A stretch of 63,737 bases of DNA, the filler included, from Sphacelaria rigidula (Eukaryota): the NCBI GenBank assembly GCA_964200075.2. It is 10 parts of 10 records of this genome, joined end to end, with 100 filler letters (N's around TTAATTAATTAA, not from the genome) between each part and the next. Parts side by side here need not be neighbours in the genome. Positions count along the whole stretch, not along the records: positions 12,770 to 19,053 come from CAXNAA020021020.1; positions 19,154 to 25,437 come from CAXNAA020021021.1; 8 more parts are not named here. One strand, 5' to 3'. Made by a program: the position numbers and the translations under genes. The notes under the pieces are model-generated. The model did no database searches. It saw nothing but the letters and a program-made list of their open reading frames with translations, and had not been told where the DNA came from. Below, piece after piece: positions 13,054 through 25,537 of this stretch (the first letter of the stretch is position 1; the number at the start of each line of letters is the position of its first letter).

Positions 13054-16000
13054 AGAGAAGAGACCGTTTCTGCACAGTGTTTGAATTCCCTACGTGCTCT
13101 AACCCGGCAGAGCGGTCAACAAGACAGCGGACCCCCCCCGGGCGGGATAGAATCGTTCCTGCGCGGTGTTGAAGTGCCCTACGCGGTCTAACCAGCAGAA
13201 CGGTTATCAAGATCGATGGCTACACCAAGACGCCGAGTACTCGGGAAGAGGGACATGGTATCGCGGCGATCCATCGTGTAAACCACGCTCAGTCCCAGGG
13301 TTTTTCAATCCTAGGACTGAGGAGGGGTGTTACGGATCGCGTCGTGGCGTGGTGGGTGGAGATAGTACGATGATGGGCCGTCGGTTTCAAAACGACATTA
13401 AGCCCGGAGGGCTGATTGCGGGAACTGGCTAGTGCCGCAATCAGGGGTGAAGGAGGCAATCCGGCAAGGGACGGAGTGCATAAACATGCCTCTTTACATC
13501 TGGTTGGATCCGGTTCTTTACAAGGATCGACTCGACCAGCACCCTGAGGTTCACTTCTTGGAAGTGCCAAGTTATACCTCACCAAGTGGAAAAAGAAAAA
13601 TCGAATCAGCCTGAAGCTGTGAACGAGATATCCTGACACTCGTCGTGTATCGTTCTGGATTGGGCTTTCCCACGTGCTGTGAGCTTACGCTTGTTTCAAA
13701 GATAACGGTGAGGCTGTAACGAGGTTGATTAGACAACGAGCAGATGTATGAAGGTCGACATGATAGTAAAAATGAATCAGTGCACACTCAGAATGGTTAA
13801 ATATGGAATTATATTGTAAGGTTAAGACGTATTTGCATGAGTGGATGAAACATCGTAACTTGCATGACTGAAATTCTGTTGTTGCTTCGCTCTAGTACTC
13901 GGCTTACTCAATAGAGGCACGCACTACGACAACACAACTGACCAACACTATTATGTTTGTATCATGGCGCTTCTGCAACCGGTATTCGATTTTCTTTATA
14001 TACTTTGAAGTATTGAACAAGAATACATGGTGCAACCTCGTCTGCATCACCATGCTAGATTGGTGATAGCAAGAACATAACTTGACAGAAAAGTAACCAA
14101 CTATCATGATGTTCGCTGGGAGGGACACCCTCTCGTTTGGCACCAGTACAGAGGTAATCAAAATGCGGAAACGCATGTGGTCAGGATGAGGACAATCAAC
14201 CCACTCCGGACAACGGACTGCTTGTGGGGAGAAACAGATAGATGTTGATCAACAACGCACATTTTACAAAAAAATGTATGAACACGTCTGAATCGGGTGA
14301 TCCCCATCTGTACTCATTTGCAAAAATTATGTTTCTATTGCGGAACGCGTACGAAACTAAAAAAAAACGGAGCGAACGTCAATCAAACAGAGCTATCATT
14401 ACCCGATCATGCGTAGAGATGCGCTCAATGGAGCAAAAATGAGGTAGTCTGGACAAATGCTACAAGGTACAATTTTGGAAAGAGCTTCAAGATGAGTCAG
14501 CTGCCCAGGCGGGAGGTTGAATTCTGAGTGCGTACATGTAAAATAACTGGAGAACATAAAGCACCGCCACATACGTGAGTAAAAGGGCTCATACCCATAC
14601 AGCTAACAGCATAATGGCGGGCCCTTTGATTTAAAATCCAGACCCGTCCGAAAAACTACGTTCTGTTTTTCTCTTCGAGGTCGTAGACCAAAAGTAAACT
14701 GAAGCTTTACCTGGGGATGTAAAAGTAATCAACTGGTCAGCAGGCGATCGCGTATGCACTTTAAGTCGGTGCCTACTGGGTATATCCGGCGCCACTGAAG
14801 ATGTGTGTCTATAGCGTTAAAATGGCGATTATTGTTTACCACTGGGCTTTATGTGTCTATATATGTTACAGTAAAACGGCATGTGAAGGGCAATTTCTCG
14901 CGTGATTAGTCACCTGCGTAGGTGCATAAAATTAGGTCAGGCACACGATACTGCTACATGACGACATCGTCTCCACATCACGCTATGAAACGGCTGTAGG
15001 CTTGCTGCGCACAACGCACGGGTGTGGTAGTACACCGTCCGTTTGCAGCGAGGTAAAGCACCTGAAGGCTAGCTTGTATACCGCTCAGCGGATATTGGAT
15101 GTGCGCATCCCTTCTGTACAAGACAGCCGGTCAAGTTGATTTGCACCTCACAAACACAGATGAAAGATTTTCAGGCTCGCATGAACCATATCTTTAGGTG
15201 CACGAGTTCCTTTAACGGCATAGAATGATGTTTCCATGCGAATGCAAGACACCCGCTCTGCCTACAATGCTACAGCTATGAATAGTAGCTATCGCTGTGA
15301 TGCGAGTTAGCTCATGCATGTCTGCAAGCACGGGAAACCCCACAAAGGCAGTCGTGCCGAGAGCATGTTGTACGATGTACAAAGAACTATCCGTATACAT
15401 TTTTTTTAGTATAATTGCGGATGGTTTGACCATTGGATTGACCGCCAGCCCTCGAGTTCATGGATTGAAGAACTTGGCGACGTCATTAGTCAACTTTGTG
15501 CTGCCATGACAGTTGTAACCCATGGAGGGAAAGATCGTGATGATTGAGGCTCATGGCATTCGTGCTACCCGCTTGCATTCATTTCACGGTTTACCGGATA
15601 CTGTGAGATGGCACTTGGCGCATGCTACCTGGGGGTTAAATTCAAATTTATGAGCCGTCACTAATGTGAAACGTCAGACTGATTACGATGCCTGACGCAG
15701 CGTGCCGGTGCTATCTCAGGCGTTGTCAATTCTCAGACGGCGATAGAGTGGGAAACCCGGAGCATCGATGGGTGTATTCACTACTCAAGCGGCTTTTGAT
15801 GTGGGCTATGGATGTAGCATGTAATGAACCCGAAGTGTGTGCATTACGCATCAGGCTACAGCTGCGGCTACACCTTTTCGTTCGAGACTCGTACCTCTCT
15901 CTCTCGCTCTGAGTAATCCAGATTGACACTTTTTCTAGAAAGAGCCGGATCTATTAACGATGGTTGATTCGACAGGATCAAGGAAAGATTTTCAGAATCT

Positions 16001-18176
16001 TCATTCTGCTATACCGGTTGTTGGATTATCCACGCAACAGCTGCGGTGCGCCCGGTTATTGCCGAGTGATGCAGTTGCAAGGGGCAATGTTATGTTGTCT
16101 TCAGCCATCGTGTTACCGTTACGATAGTCTACCGGTGAAACAGGGAACCTTGGGATTGTTGAAAGCGGAGTATCCCGACATATGGATGGTCAATTATTCC
16201 AAAATTGGGTCGTGATGTTAAATTAAACCCTCTACAAACGACCGTTTGATTGAGTTGGGACTGCTCTTACAAGAAGGGCGGTACGTGAAGACTGTATTGT
16301 CTGTTCACAACCCAGTACGAGTATATCGCTGAACTCCCTGACTTCCTATTCAACCTAGTAATGCACATTTAGTATGAGTTTCAAAGAAGAACAAAAGGGT
16401 CCTTCTAGATCTTAACGGTACTTGGTGGTACTGTATTATTGATCGATTTGCACACACGATGTGGGGCAATTAACAGTGTTAAGAGAAACTGATCATGTGC
16501 GTACACCACACCAAGTAGACCCACGATGATTGAGTGATCGAGCGGTATTGAACTGCACGGTGGTTTGTTATCACTGCATTCGATTAGTTTCGCGACACAA
16601 GCACTGTATCAAGGCCGGTAGCCAGGTCGTGATGTTCCGATTCGTTCACTGAAGCCAGCTACGCTTAGAATGTGCTGTTATTTCTAATCATTACATGCAG
16701 TCACAACGCCGCCGCGTGTCGTTATCTGTCATGAATCTGCAGTTTTATTATGCTGCCCAGTGTTGAGTATGACGTTAAGAAGGATTGCGGTTAACCTTTA
16801 GACAACGAGAGTAGGTCATCTGTTGAATGGGCATCAATTTCAAGCAGTGGTGTGGAATGTCTGCGTCTATGCCGAAAACGCATTATGACCTGTCTACAGT
16901 GAATCTCCAATGAATCACTTATTACGCATGTTACCATACATGAGGCATTCACCCTACCCCCTGGTCAGGGGGGGCAGGCATTGATAGTCGGAATGTTTAT
17001 TGTCATGGAAATGGAAGTAATCTCAACGTGGCTCTCACTGCCAGGATAGCTCAAGGCTGTGGGGTGTATTTTTCTGATGTTGAATAGACCAGACCGAACG
17101 GTGTATTGTAGTTAGTTTACGAGTTATAATACAGTAAAGGATCGTATCCAAGTGTACTCCAGCACTCACCATAAGATTGTTTTCTCTTCCGCAACATTAA
17201 TTCAACGATACCCGGGGCGGCGGACTATCAACCATCAGTCATGGATAACTTAAGTTTAGCACCCATGGCTGCGATGATCACCTCAACACTGCCGCGATTG
17301 GGCAACTATTGAGAGTGTTGCAAGCCAAGAGATCTGCACAGGGCTACCCGACGGACATTAACCCCCGACTCCCGTTGTCTGTCTACTCTGCACACGCCGA
17401 CAACCAACAACATGAGTTGGTTGTCTATCCGGGCATGTTTTAACCACCATCGGGTTCTTCTGGACAGGGCTTCTGGTCTTGAGGGTCTGCGGGCTCCACG
17501 CATTCTTTTGCCGAAATATATATCGAGAAGAAACCGACAGGGCAGTTGACTGGTACTGAACAACGAAAGTAATAATTGTGTACATTATTCATTATGCTAG
17601 CATGCAGGCCAAACAACGTGTGAATGAATTGGGGAATTCGCGTGAGTTCGGGGTATGCGTGCACTATATAATAGGCACACAAGCAGGCAGGAAATAATGA
17701 CATACAGGAAAACCAAGGATGACGAAGACCCAAGACAGCAAGACCGTGCTCGTTCAAATAGGTTTATGGGAGCCATATTTCCCTCGCGTGCCCTTACAGG
17801 TTGACAGGAGGCTAAGGCCTACAGAAATACCCTTCATCATTCCTCATAAAGGAAACCCTGGGCCAAAAGGCTCACATGAACATGTCATTGCTCGATCAAA
17901 TTCCTGTTCTTCCCCTTTTTCCCTTCCTTTTCTGTTGTCCACTTGCGTATCATGATGGAAAAGTGATGCTGTTCGTTATATCCAATCGCGCCCCCTCACT
18001 ATTGATGAGTTGATAATGTTTCAACTCCATTCCTCTCAATGCGCCCGCGATGGAGGTGAGGTACTGTGTTGATATTATGAAGTACGTTTGACTGGTGTTA
18101 TGATACCCATGTGGCATATGTGTACAGGTTGTCCTTCCAAGTACCGCATAGCCAACTCGAATATTCGGCGAAAAGG

Positions 18177-19007
18177 ATGAGCGGAAACCCCTTGAACCCG
18201 CAAGCCCAACCCTTCTACCCATCTGGGTCGAGTCAACGGCCTCCAGTGCAAGCCCCCCAACAGCAGCAACCTTTCGTCCCTGTTCAGCAACAACAGGCTG
18301 TCGCACACCCTCAGCAACAGTTTGTTGGACCTGTTCAGCAACAGCAGGCTGTCGCACCCCCTCAGCAACAGTTTTTTGGACCTGTTCAGCAACAGCAGGC
18401 TGTCGCACCTCCTCAGCAACAGTTTTTTGGACCTGTTCAGCAACAGCAGGCTGCCGTACCCCCTCAGCAGCAGGCTGTTGGACCGCTTCCGCAGCAACAG
18501 GTGGCCGCACATCCTCATCAGCAGGTTCTGCAACAGCAACAGCAAGAGTGCTTTGGCCCGATGCCTCAGCATGTCCCGTCGTCTATTCCTCCGCCTCTTC
18601 AGCCGGCAATGCCAGTCTCTGTGCCTCAGGGGGGCTCATCAAGCCCCGGCCGCTGGAAATTTCACTCATTCCCAGCTGCTACCTCCGCCACCGTTGCTCC
18701 CGCAGCGCCGCTTGAGATTTACGGTCGCGCCAGACCCGGTTAGTCTCTACTGCAGTCCGTTCTACGGATCTCTCAACCCCTCTGGTGTAACCCCGGCAGC
18801 CCAATCCAGGCTGGATGGGCTGACTTCGTATGGGGCCACGTACCCTCGTGTTCCCGCGCCATACCCGTCTAATCACAACTGGTCGGCTGTACTGAAACAA
18901 CAACAAGCGATGTCCCGTCAAGCAAACACTTTGGCCACGCTTCTCGGTTCCAAGGACACCGATACCATCGTTTACAAGGGACGAGCTGTAGATCACAATA
19001 CAGCACT
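18177..19007 (+). pseudogene. PAM2-motif, Gln/Pro-repeat ORF (frame change near 18720; ends in a repeat at the contig edge)
   Basis: MSGNPLNPQAQPFYP matches PAM2 LNxxAxxFxP; about five 51-bp units encoding PVQQQQAVAPPQQQFFG; a second frame continues ...NHNWSAVLKQQQAMSRQANTLATLLG. Confidence 0.5.
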
Positions 19008-19053
19008 GAACAACAAATTGTGCGAATTGAGGTTTAACTCCGAGATGAGGTTC

Positions 19054-19153
19054 NNNNNNNNNNNNNNNNNNNNNNNNNNNNNNNNNNNNNNNNNNNNTTA
19101 ATTAATTAANNNNNNNNNNNNNNNNNNNNNNNNNNNNNNNNNNNNNNNNNNNN
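19054..19153. other. Artificial contig linker
   Basis: 44 N + TTAATTAATTAA + 44 N. Confidence 0.98.
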
Positions 19154-19932
19154 TCATTCCCCCCCCCCCCCCCCCCGAGCCCTGGAAACTCCCGGATGTC
19201 TCGGAACTGTCAGCCTGTACAACTATTTCGAGGCGACGCTCGTCGTCTAAGGGTTAAACAAGTGACGAGCCCGAAATACATCCTCTTTTTTTTGTAGCGG
19301 TATCTGGTTTCCGTCGCTTTTTGTCAACTTTTACACACAGCATTTTTGTCTCAGTCGAAAACGCTCACTGCGGCACTTGAGCAGTGTTTTTTTCAGCGAA
19401 AGAGGTGAAAGTAATTTCGTGAAAGTGATAGTGCAATCACAGTGCATATCTTCATTTTCACGAGAAATCACGCGCCGTTCCAATCCAGGGGGTCAACAAG
19501 TGATTGCTACTGAAAACGCAGTGACAGCAACAGTACGCGAACAGGACAGCGATTTTAAGAAGGGCGGCATTCAGACGCCAGTTGTACAGTATGGGCATTG
19601 TCGCAGGTCGAAATGCGGACTGCCTCCCGCACAAGAAGGAGGAGCAGTAGCAGATATGTACGATTGAGGGTGGGGTTGAATCAAGCGCTGCTGCTGCTGC
19701 TGCTGCTGCTCTTTCTCGCCCGAGAGATTATTCGCATTTCGACCGTTCGAAAACTTCCACGTACCTTGCGCGTGATTGCCGCCATGCTGGGAATCGCTGG
19801 CTGGTCCGTACTACCCACCAATGGGTCCATGCTTGCTCACTCGGCGAGTGGCGGGAGATATTGCTGGACGCATCTCTCTGTGTGAGCTGAGCACGTCGAG
19901 TGTGTCTCTCACGTGTGGCTACTGCTGGTGAT

Positions 19933-20514
19933 TAGGCTTTTGCCTTTTATGCGCGCATATCATTTCGCATAAAACGGGGCTTCGCGCACAAGCATATGCG
20001 TTTTTTACAAAACATAAGTTTTGGGGGATTTCAGCATAACAAAGGCATAAAAGCTAAGTTTCACGCATAACTTAGCGCATGTAGTACTCCAACAGGATTA
20101 TGCACCCCATGTCCAGCAGCTAGTAGCTGCCCACCGGTGGACCATGTGGCGTGGCTCGACGAGTCGTGGCGTTTGTGTTCGTAATTTCTTTTTTCGAACT
20201 TTGTTGCGGGTCTGATATCGGTTATGGCGCTGTATGTGAGCTACTTTATGTTTTTGTGAAACGGGAAAAAAACAAAATGAAATCTCGAAATGTTCAACGT
20301 GCCGTCTTGTTTCCTTGCTGGAAGGTACGTTCCATGGGCGGCGGTGCCGCCAGGAACCCGCCAGGAACTGCCTCAAGACGCGAAAACGTCGCATAAGTCG
20401 CGCATATGTAACCGCAATACGCATAAATCGGCGCATAATGTTCACTTTCAAACATGAAATAAAATGGAAAAACGCGCATTAAAAAAAAAAATGAGCATGA
20501 AAAGCAAAAACCTA
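19933..20514. mobile_element. MITE with subterminal GCATAA motifs
   Basis: TIRs TAGGCTTTTGCCTTTT / AAAAGCAAAAACCTA; flanks GCTGGTGAT / CCTGGTCAT (7/9 match, TSD-like). Confidence 0.6.
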
Positions 20515-20679
20515 CCTGGTCATGGATAAGCCAGCTGTGCGAGGCTGTGCGCCCCACCAAAAGCCGAACAGCCCATGCCTTGCGACCGCGTGACGTTTCT
20601 CTTCGCATTCTCACGCAAGTGTTCATCCGCTCCCGAATGATCGTTGATTATTTTTTCGTGTGATTTCGGGGGAGATGAG

Positions 20680-20900
20680 AACCTAACGCTAACCCTAACC
20701 CTAACCCCAACCCAAGGCATACCGACAATCCTCGGATGAGGGGGGTACGAAGTGTGTCCCCTAGGCAAAGTATGGCGTTGGTAGACCTGAAATCGGCGCC
20801 GCCGATTTTGACGAAAACGCGCTCTGCGCACGCCAGGAGCACTTGGGGCTGTCAGCCCCACTGAAGATCCGAATATCGGTGCTCACACTCAAATCAAGTA
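20680..20900 (+). repeat. Dispersed repeat starting with degenerate (CCCTAA)n; second copy at 23200-23433
   Basis: CTAACCCTAACCCTAACCCCAACCCAAGGCATACCGA...GTCAGCCCCACT.AAGATCCGA...CACACTCAAATCAAGT in both copies. Confidence 0.75.
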
Positions 20901-21967
20901 GTAGAACTCCGGAAAAGTTCTCACCGACCAAGTGGTAACCACTACTGCTTTCGCACGATGTTTGCCTCTAAAAAGCGCGGAACCGGTCTTTCTCGTCTTA
21001 GTGTAGCGTGCGTTGAGCTTTTCTCCAAGGCCTATCCAAAGCCCCCCTCCGGTTCCCGGGAGGCCCAGTGCAAAAATTGAGCTGCTGCTTGTGCTTCCTC
21101 TCGAGATTCAAAGGTTTAGGACATTTTGTTGTCGGTCATGTTTTCGGGGCGGGCGAACTGTATTTTTGTGGTCGCTGTGCCTGTGCTCGTTGTATGTGAC
21201 ACCAGACTCGGAAGTCCTCTCCCATGACGGAGCTGCTGGCGAGCTTGATGCCATCTTGCAGCATTACCAGTGCGCTCTTGAGACACTTTCTACGATACCC
21301 CCCTCCCCCTTCCCCCCCCCCCCCCCCCCGAAAAAAAAAGTGCAGGGTTTGGGGAGGCAAAATCTTCACATGAATCGAAATGAAAAAAGCCGAGCACAAC
21401 GAGCAGCTGGGAATTCCCATGCTTGAGTTCGTTCTTGTCAATGTCGCCCATATGAGGCGCTTCATGCAGCCTGAACCTGAACATCAGGCGCTCTATGATC
21501 TTTTTTTTCGTGACACTTTTGGGTTGTTTTTTGGGGGGGGGGAGCTATCGCAGTAAGTGTGTTGACTGTGCGTGTCAGACTTATCACAAGCCGCCTGTCC
21601 CGTGTTGTGGGTTCTTCGGTAGGGGATCTGAAAGTCGTCTTCGATTGATTAGTTCAGGTACTCGCAGCTCGTGACCTGTCCGGCGGGTGAAAGGTAGCAA
21701 AACACTGTCACGTATGTCTGTGCGGTTCTGAACATGGGCTGCGTACTGTAACAAAGCTGAGTCAAGTACGCTTTGACGTCCCGGTAATTTGTAAGGTTGA
21801 CCGACTCCTTCCGCCTCGTTCACATCGCGGCATCAATGAAATTCCGCCAAACCTTCTGCTGTTGATTCGCCATGATCCGCACATCGTGTGCGTGTGTTGC
21901 CATCCCGTCTATTCTGAACGTCGATCAACACCTTTCGGTATATGTGAATGTATTATCTCGGGAGCCG

Positions 21968-22338
21968 GTCGCCCCGGTGGCTCGGTTGGTAACCTCGAAA
22001 CCTCCCGACGGGTGGGTCGTGGGTTCGAATCTCGGTGCAGCCACATGATCTAGGATTTTATTTCACACAACGTCCAACAGTGGAGAGCGACTATGTTGTG
22101 GGTACACAAAATTCGAGTTAACGGTTGACGAGGGAGAGGGACTGCTGAACCTCTCTCGCGATGAAAATAAAGTCAAGCACCTCAGAAGGAAGGTGGTGAG
22201 CAAAAACGAATAAAAAAGAAGAAACTCCTGTGTTGGCCTTCCTCCTGTGTGACCCCGGCTGGTGCGCCCACACATACCGGGAGGTGTGGACCGACGTCCG
22301 GAATAATGGTGAGGACAACACATACAACACAACACACA
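21968..22338 (+). mobile_element. tRNA-derived SINE family 1, uninterrupted copy
   Basis: A-box TGGCTCGGTTGG, B-box GGTTCGAATC, unique body, (ACACA)n tail; other copies at 22348-22905, 59606-61704 and tail fragments near 21885 and 57685. Confidence 0.75.
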
Positions 22339-22347
22339 AATTATTAC

Positions 22348-22905
22348 AGCCGGGGTCACACAAGAGGAAGACCAACGCGGGAATTTCAATTATATTTTGT
22401 TTGAGGTGTCCACCTTCCTTCTGTGGTGCTTCCGTTTGTTGCTCTTTATCGCGATGAGAGTTCGGCAGTCCCTTTTCCCTCGTCGCCCGTGACGTCGAAC
22501 TTTAAACTTGTACTTGGTATACCCACGACATAGTCGCTCTCTACTGTTGGGCATGATGCGAGGGGAAAATCCCAGATCGTGTGACTTCACCGAGATTCAA
22601 ACCCACGTCCCAACCGTCAGAAGGCTTCGAGGTTACCACGGCTCGGACGAATCATCGCCGGATCGAATCACCAAATCCACGATTTTTCAGGCCCGATTGC
22701 TCCAAAGAGAGAAAAAAAGTCGACTGATAGTCAAAAATGTTATCACGCAACTTTGGCGCCATTCCGCGTGCCTGGGTTGCAACGCTGAAAACAACGCCCA
22801 AGGATTGATTCGTACGGTACGAATCAATCACACTAAAATCAAGTAATTTCCACACGAATAATCTTATTCGTCCGATCCGTGGAGGTTACCAACTGAGGTA
22901 CCGGG
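22348..22905 (-). mobile_element. SINE family 1, inverted copy interrupted by MITE A
   Basis: Reverse complement of the 21968 copy; the tRNA head is split at GAGGTTAC. Confidence 0.7.
22637..22881. mobile_element. hAT-like MITE family A (245 bp) with perfect 8-bp TSD
   Basis: TIRs CACGGCTCGGACGAAT / ATTCGTCCGATCCGTG; TSD GAGGTTAC at 22629-22636 and 22882-22889; the SINE copy near 61679 has the single-copy empty site. Confidence 0.9.
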
Positions 22906-23199
22906 ATTACTTACCAGTGTCCACATCCTTCCACCCCCCTCAATGGTCTTATGGCATGCATGATCATGAGTACACCCCCCCGATACACTCGAGTGGTGCA
23001 AAAAGGTCTGTGCAGTTGATGTCGGCACGGTGGTATCCAGAGCGTAGCTGGGTAGGCACAACAGTGCGTGTTCAAGCAAAGTGAAGGGGGAGTTTGAGCC
23101 AATCGATCGGATATGTTACAGGCTGGTTTAGGGTGAACGGAGGTGGGTTAGTCAGCGTTGGGCTACGATATGTTCATGGTTGATGCATTTTACAACTAT

Positions 23200-23433
23200 C
23201 GCTACCCCTAACCCTAACCCAAACCCAAACCCCATCTCCAACCCAAGGCATACCGAGAACCGCCGGCCAAGGGATGTATATAGCGTGCTCTAGGCAGAGA
23301 GCGGCCTTGATAGACCCAAAATCGGCGCCTGTGGCGCCGATTTGAACAAAAACGCGTTTGGCGCACGCGAGGAGCACACGGGACTGTCAGCCCCACTAAA
23401 GATCCGATTTCGTTGTTCACACTCAAATCAAGT
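23200..23433 (+). repeat. Second copy of the (CCCTAA)n-headed dispersed repeat
   Basis: Matches 20680-20900. Confidence 0.75.
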
Positions 23434-23520
23434 CAAATCAACCATGAACATCTTTTAACCCAACCCCGGTTACGAGTAACTCTACCGGGTGGACGACTGG
23501 AATTTATCCCCGAGCGATTG

Positions 23521-24666
23521 TTCACGCCATTTTTTCGAGTTAGACCCTGGAATTGTGCACACGGGTGCTCTGAGATATTTAGAAAGGCTGTACAAATGGG
23601 ATCTTCCCAATTTTTTTCACCAGGTATCCGGGATCCTAGGAGGCGGTGTCTGACACACCTCCCGTGACCCCGGATATGTGGCGATTTTTTTTCTTAGAGA
23701 CCCCGTTCCAACAGTCTTTGTAAATATCTCGGAACGCCCGTGTGCGAAGTCTCAGGGTCCAACTCGAAGAAACGGCTGGGACAATCGCCCGTATGTGCGT
23801 TGAAGTATATAATTGTGCGCGGAATTCCCCTAATTACTCGATTATAGTATGCTACCGACGTTCTCGTTGTGCGCTTGAGCATAAATCGACCGCTTAGGAT
23901 CAGCTTTCCGAGTTACGCGAATATGGTTTGTACGAACGTTCCTTGGATCCCCTCGGGACGAGTCAAATTTCAATTTTATTTTTGAAGTAATCTGTACCGG
24001 CTTCTGTGGGTCTTCAAGCTGGGACCCCCGGAAGCCGGTAGAGAGCGGATGAACGTTGAAATTATTCTTCAACGTTTTTTTTGTTCACTCTTAGCACCTA
24101 TATCTACCAAACTACCGAGTTTGAAGACGATCGAAGCTTTTCCACGGAAGTTACGAGGGAAAACGCCAAGAGGCATTCTGGGTCTTCGATGTATGTTATC
24201 AGTGGAAATCTGACGACCTCAAAACCGTACATTACGGAAGTACCATGTTTTGGTGTATAAAAGCTGATCCCATACAAATCGTTTTCAAATTTGTTTTTGG
24301 CGTTAGATTTCCCAGCTGATGGCAGTTACCAGGGTTCGATTGATGATGAGATTGGGTACAAATTGAGTCGTGCACGCCTATTTTAATTTCAGAACAGTTT
24401 GGAGGTTCAACGGTTAAAAAATCTGGCCATGTTACACTTTTCGCTTGCTCGTTGGGGTCACCATAATATCATTTTTTTCTTCTATTGGGCTAGTATTGCG
24501 TTCTGTATCGCCAGATATCCGGGATCCTAGGAGGCGGTGTCTGACGCACCTCCCGGGACCCCGGATATGTGGCGATTTTTTTTCTCAAGACCCCATTCCT
24601 ACAGTTTGTATGAATATCTCAGAACACTCGTGTGCGAAGTCTCAGGGTTCAACTCGAAAAAACGGC
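23521..24666. repeat. Complex repeat: hairpin 23521-23780 plus a ~157-bp direct repeat (23619-23776 / 24511-24666)
   Basis: TATCCGGGATCCTAGGAGGCGGTGTCTGAC...CGTGTGCGAAGTCTCAGGGT.CAACTCGAA occurs twice; the interior is homologous to 930-1520. Confidence 0.7.
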
Positions 24667-25437
24667 GGTAGTGGGGACTCAAATTTGGGGCATTTACCCT
24701 GAAACACAGCCTGTATCAGACTTCGACCAAGGTGTTCAGGTGACGGGGCTCGTCTAAACTCGCCAAACCCCTTGCAGTTGAAGGACGTTGACCGCAGAAC
24801 ATTGTTTATGTCATCGTGGGGATGTGGAAAGCAACGTGTCGCGAGAGCAGTATTCGTCGTAACACCGTGGGTCCACGCGGTGGGGGTGGTGAACACCCGA
24901 GCAGGGGCAACCTCCGCCTTCCCGCGTCCCACACCACCTCATTTTGAGTCGAAGCGTCGGAATTTTTTTTCTCCCTTTCGTCTGTAATATAGAGTGATCA
25001 TTCTGACAACCGACGATACTCGCCGCTTGCCGTAGCAAACCCTGACGAAACGAGGATCATGTGTGCAGCGCAGAGCCCAATATCCCGTGGTTTTGGTTAT
25101 CAGCTCTCTACCAAAATACGGAGGCGTTTCTATCGGTCTACAAACAATACGACCTGTGCCTACCCAGCTTACACCGTATGCTACGGCATAATGTTCTAAC
25201 GTTCGACCATTGATGCACACGTTTGCACAGCGCCGTTCATGAATGCTTTCTTAAGTCGTGGATAGTGATGTACGAGTTAACCCATTGGCCTCCAGCATCG
25301 TTTCAAAACATTTTTTTTCTTTCACTGGCTGACAGACAGTCCAGGGGTTTCAGTATTTCTTAGGGGGGGATGAGGGGGGGGGTACTCATGATCATGCATG
25401 CCATAGTCATCAGACCATTGACCTCGTATCCCTACAA

Positions 25438-25537
25438 NNNNNNNNNNNNNNNNNNNNNNNNNNNNNNNNNNNNNNNNNNNNTTAATTAATTAANNNNNNN
25501 NNNNNNNNNNNNNNNNNNNNNNNNNNNNNNNNNNNNN
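25438..25537. other. Artificial contig linker
   Basis: 44 N + TTAATTAATTAA + 44 N. Confidence 0.98.

Noticed and set aside
20680..20713. True telomere
   Set aside because: Short, degenerate, internal and part of a dispersed repeat
21968..22045. tRNA gene (also 10761, 59035 and 61640)
   Set aside because: A and B boxes are present but the cloverleaf stems do not pair, and each continues into a shared SINE body
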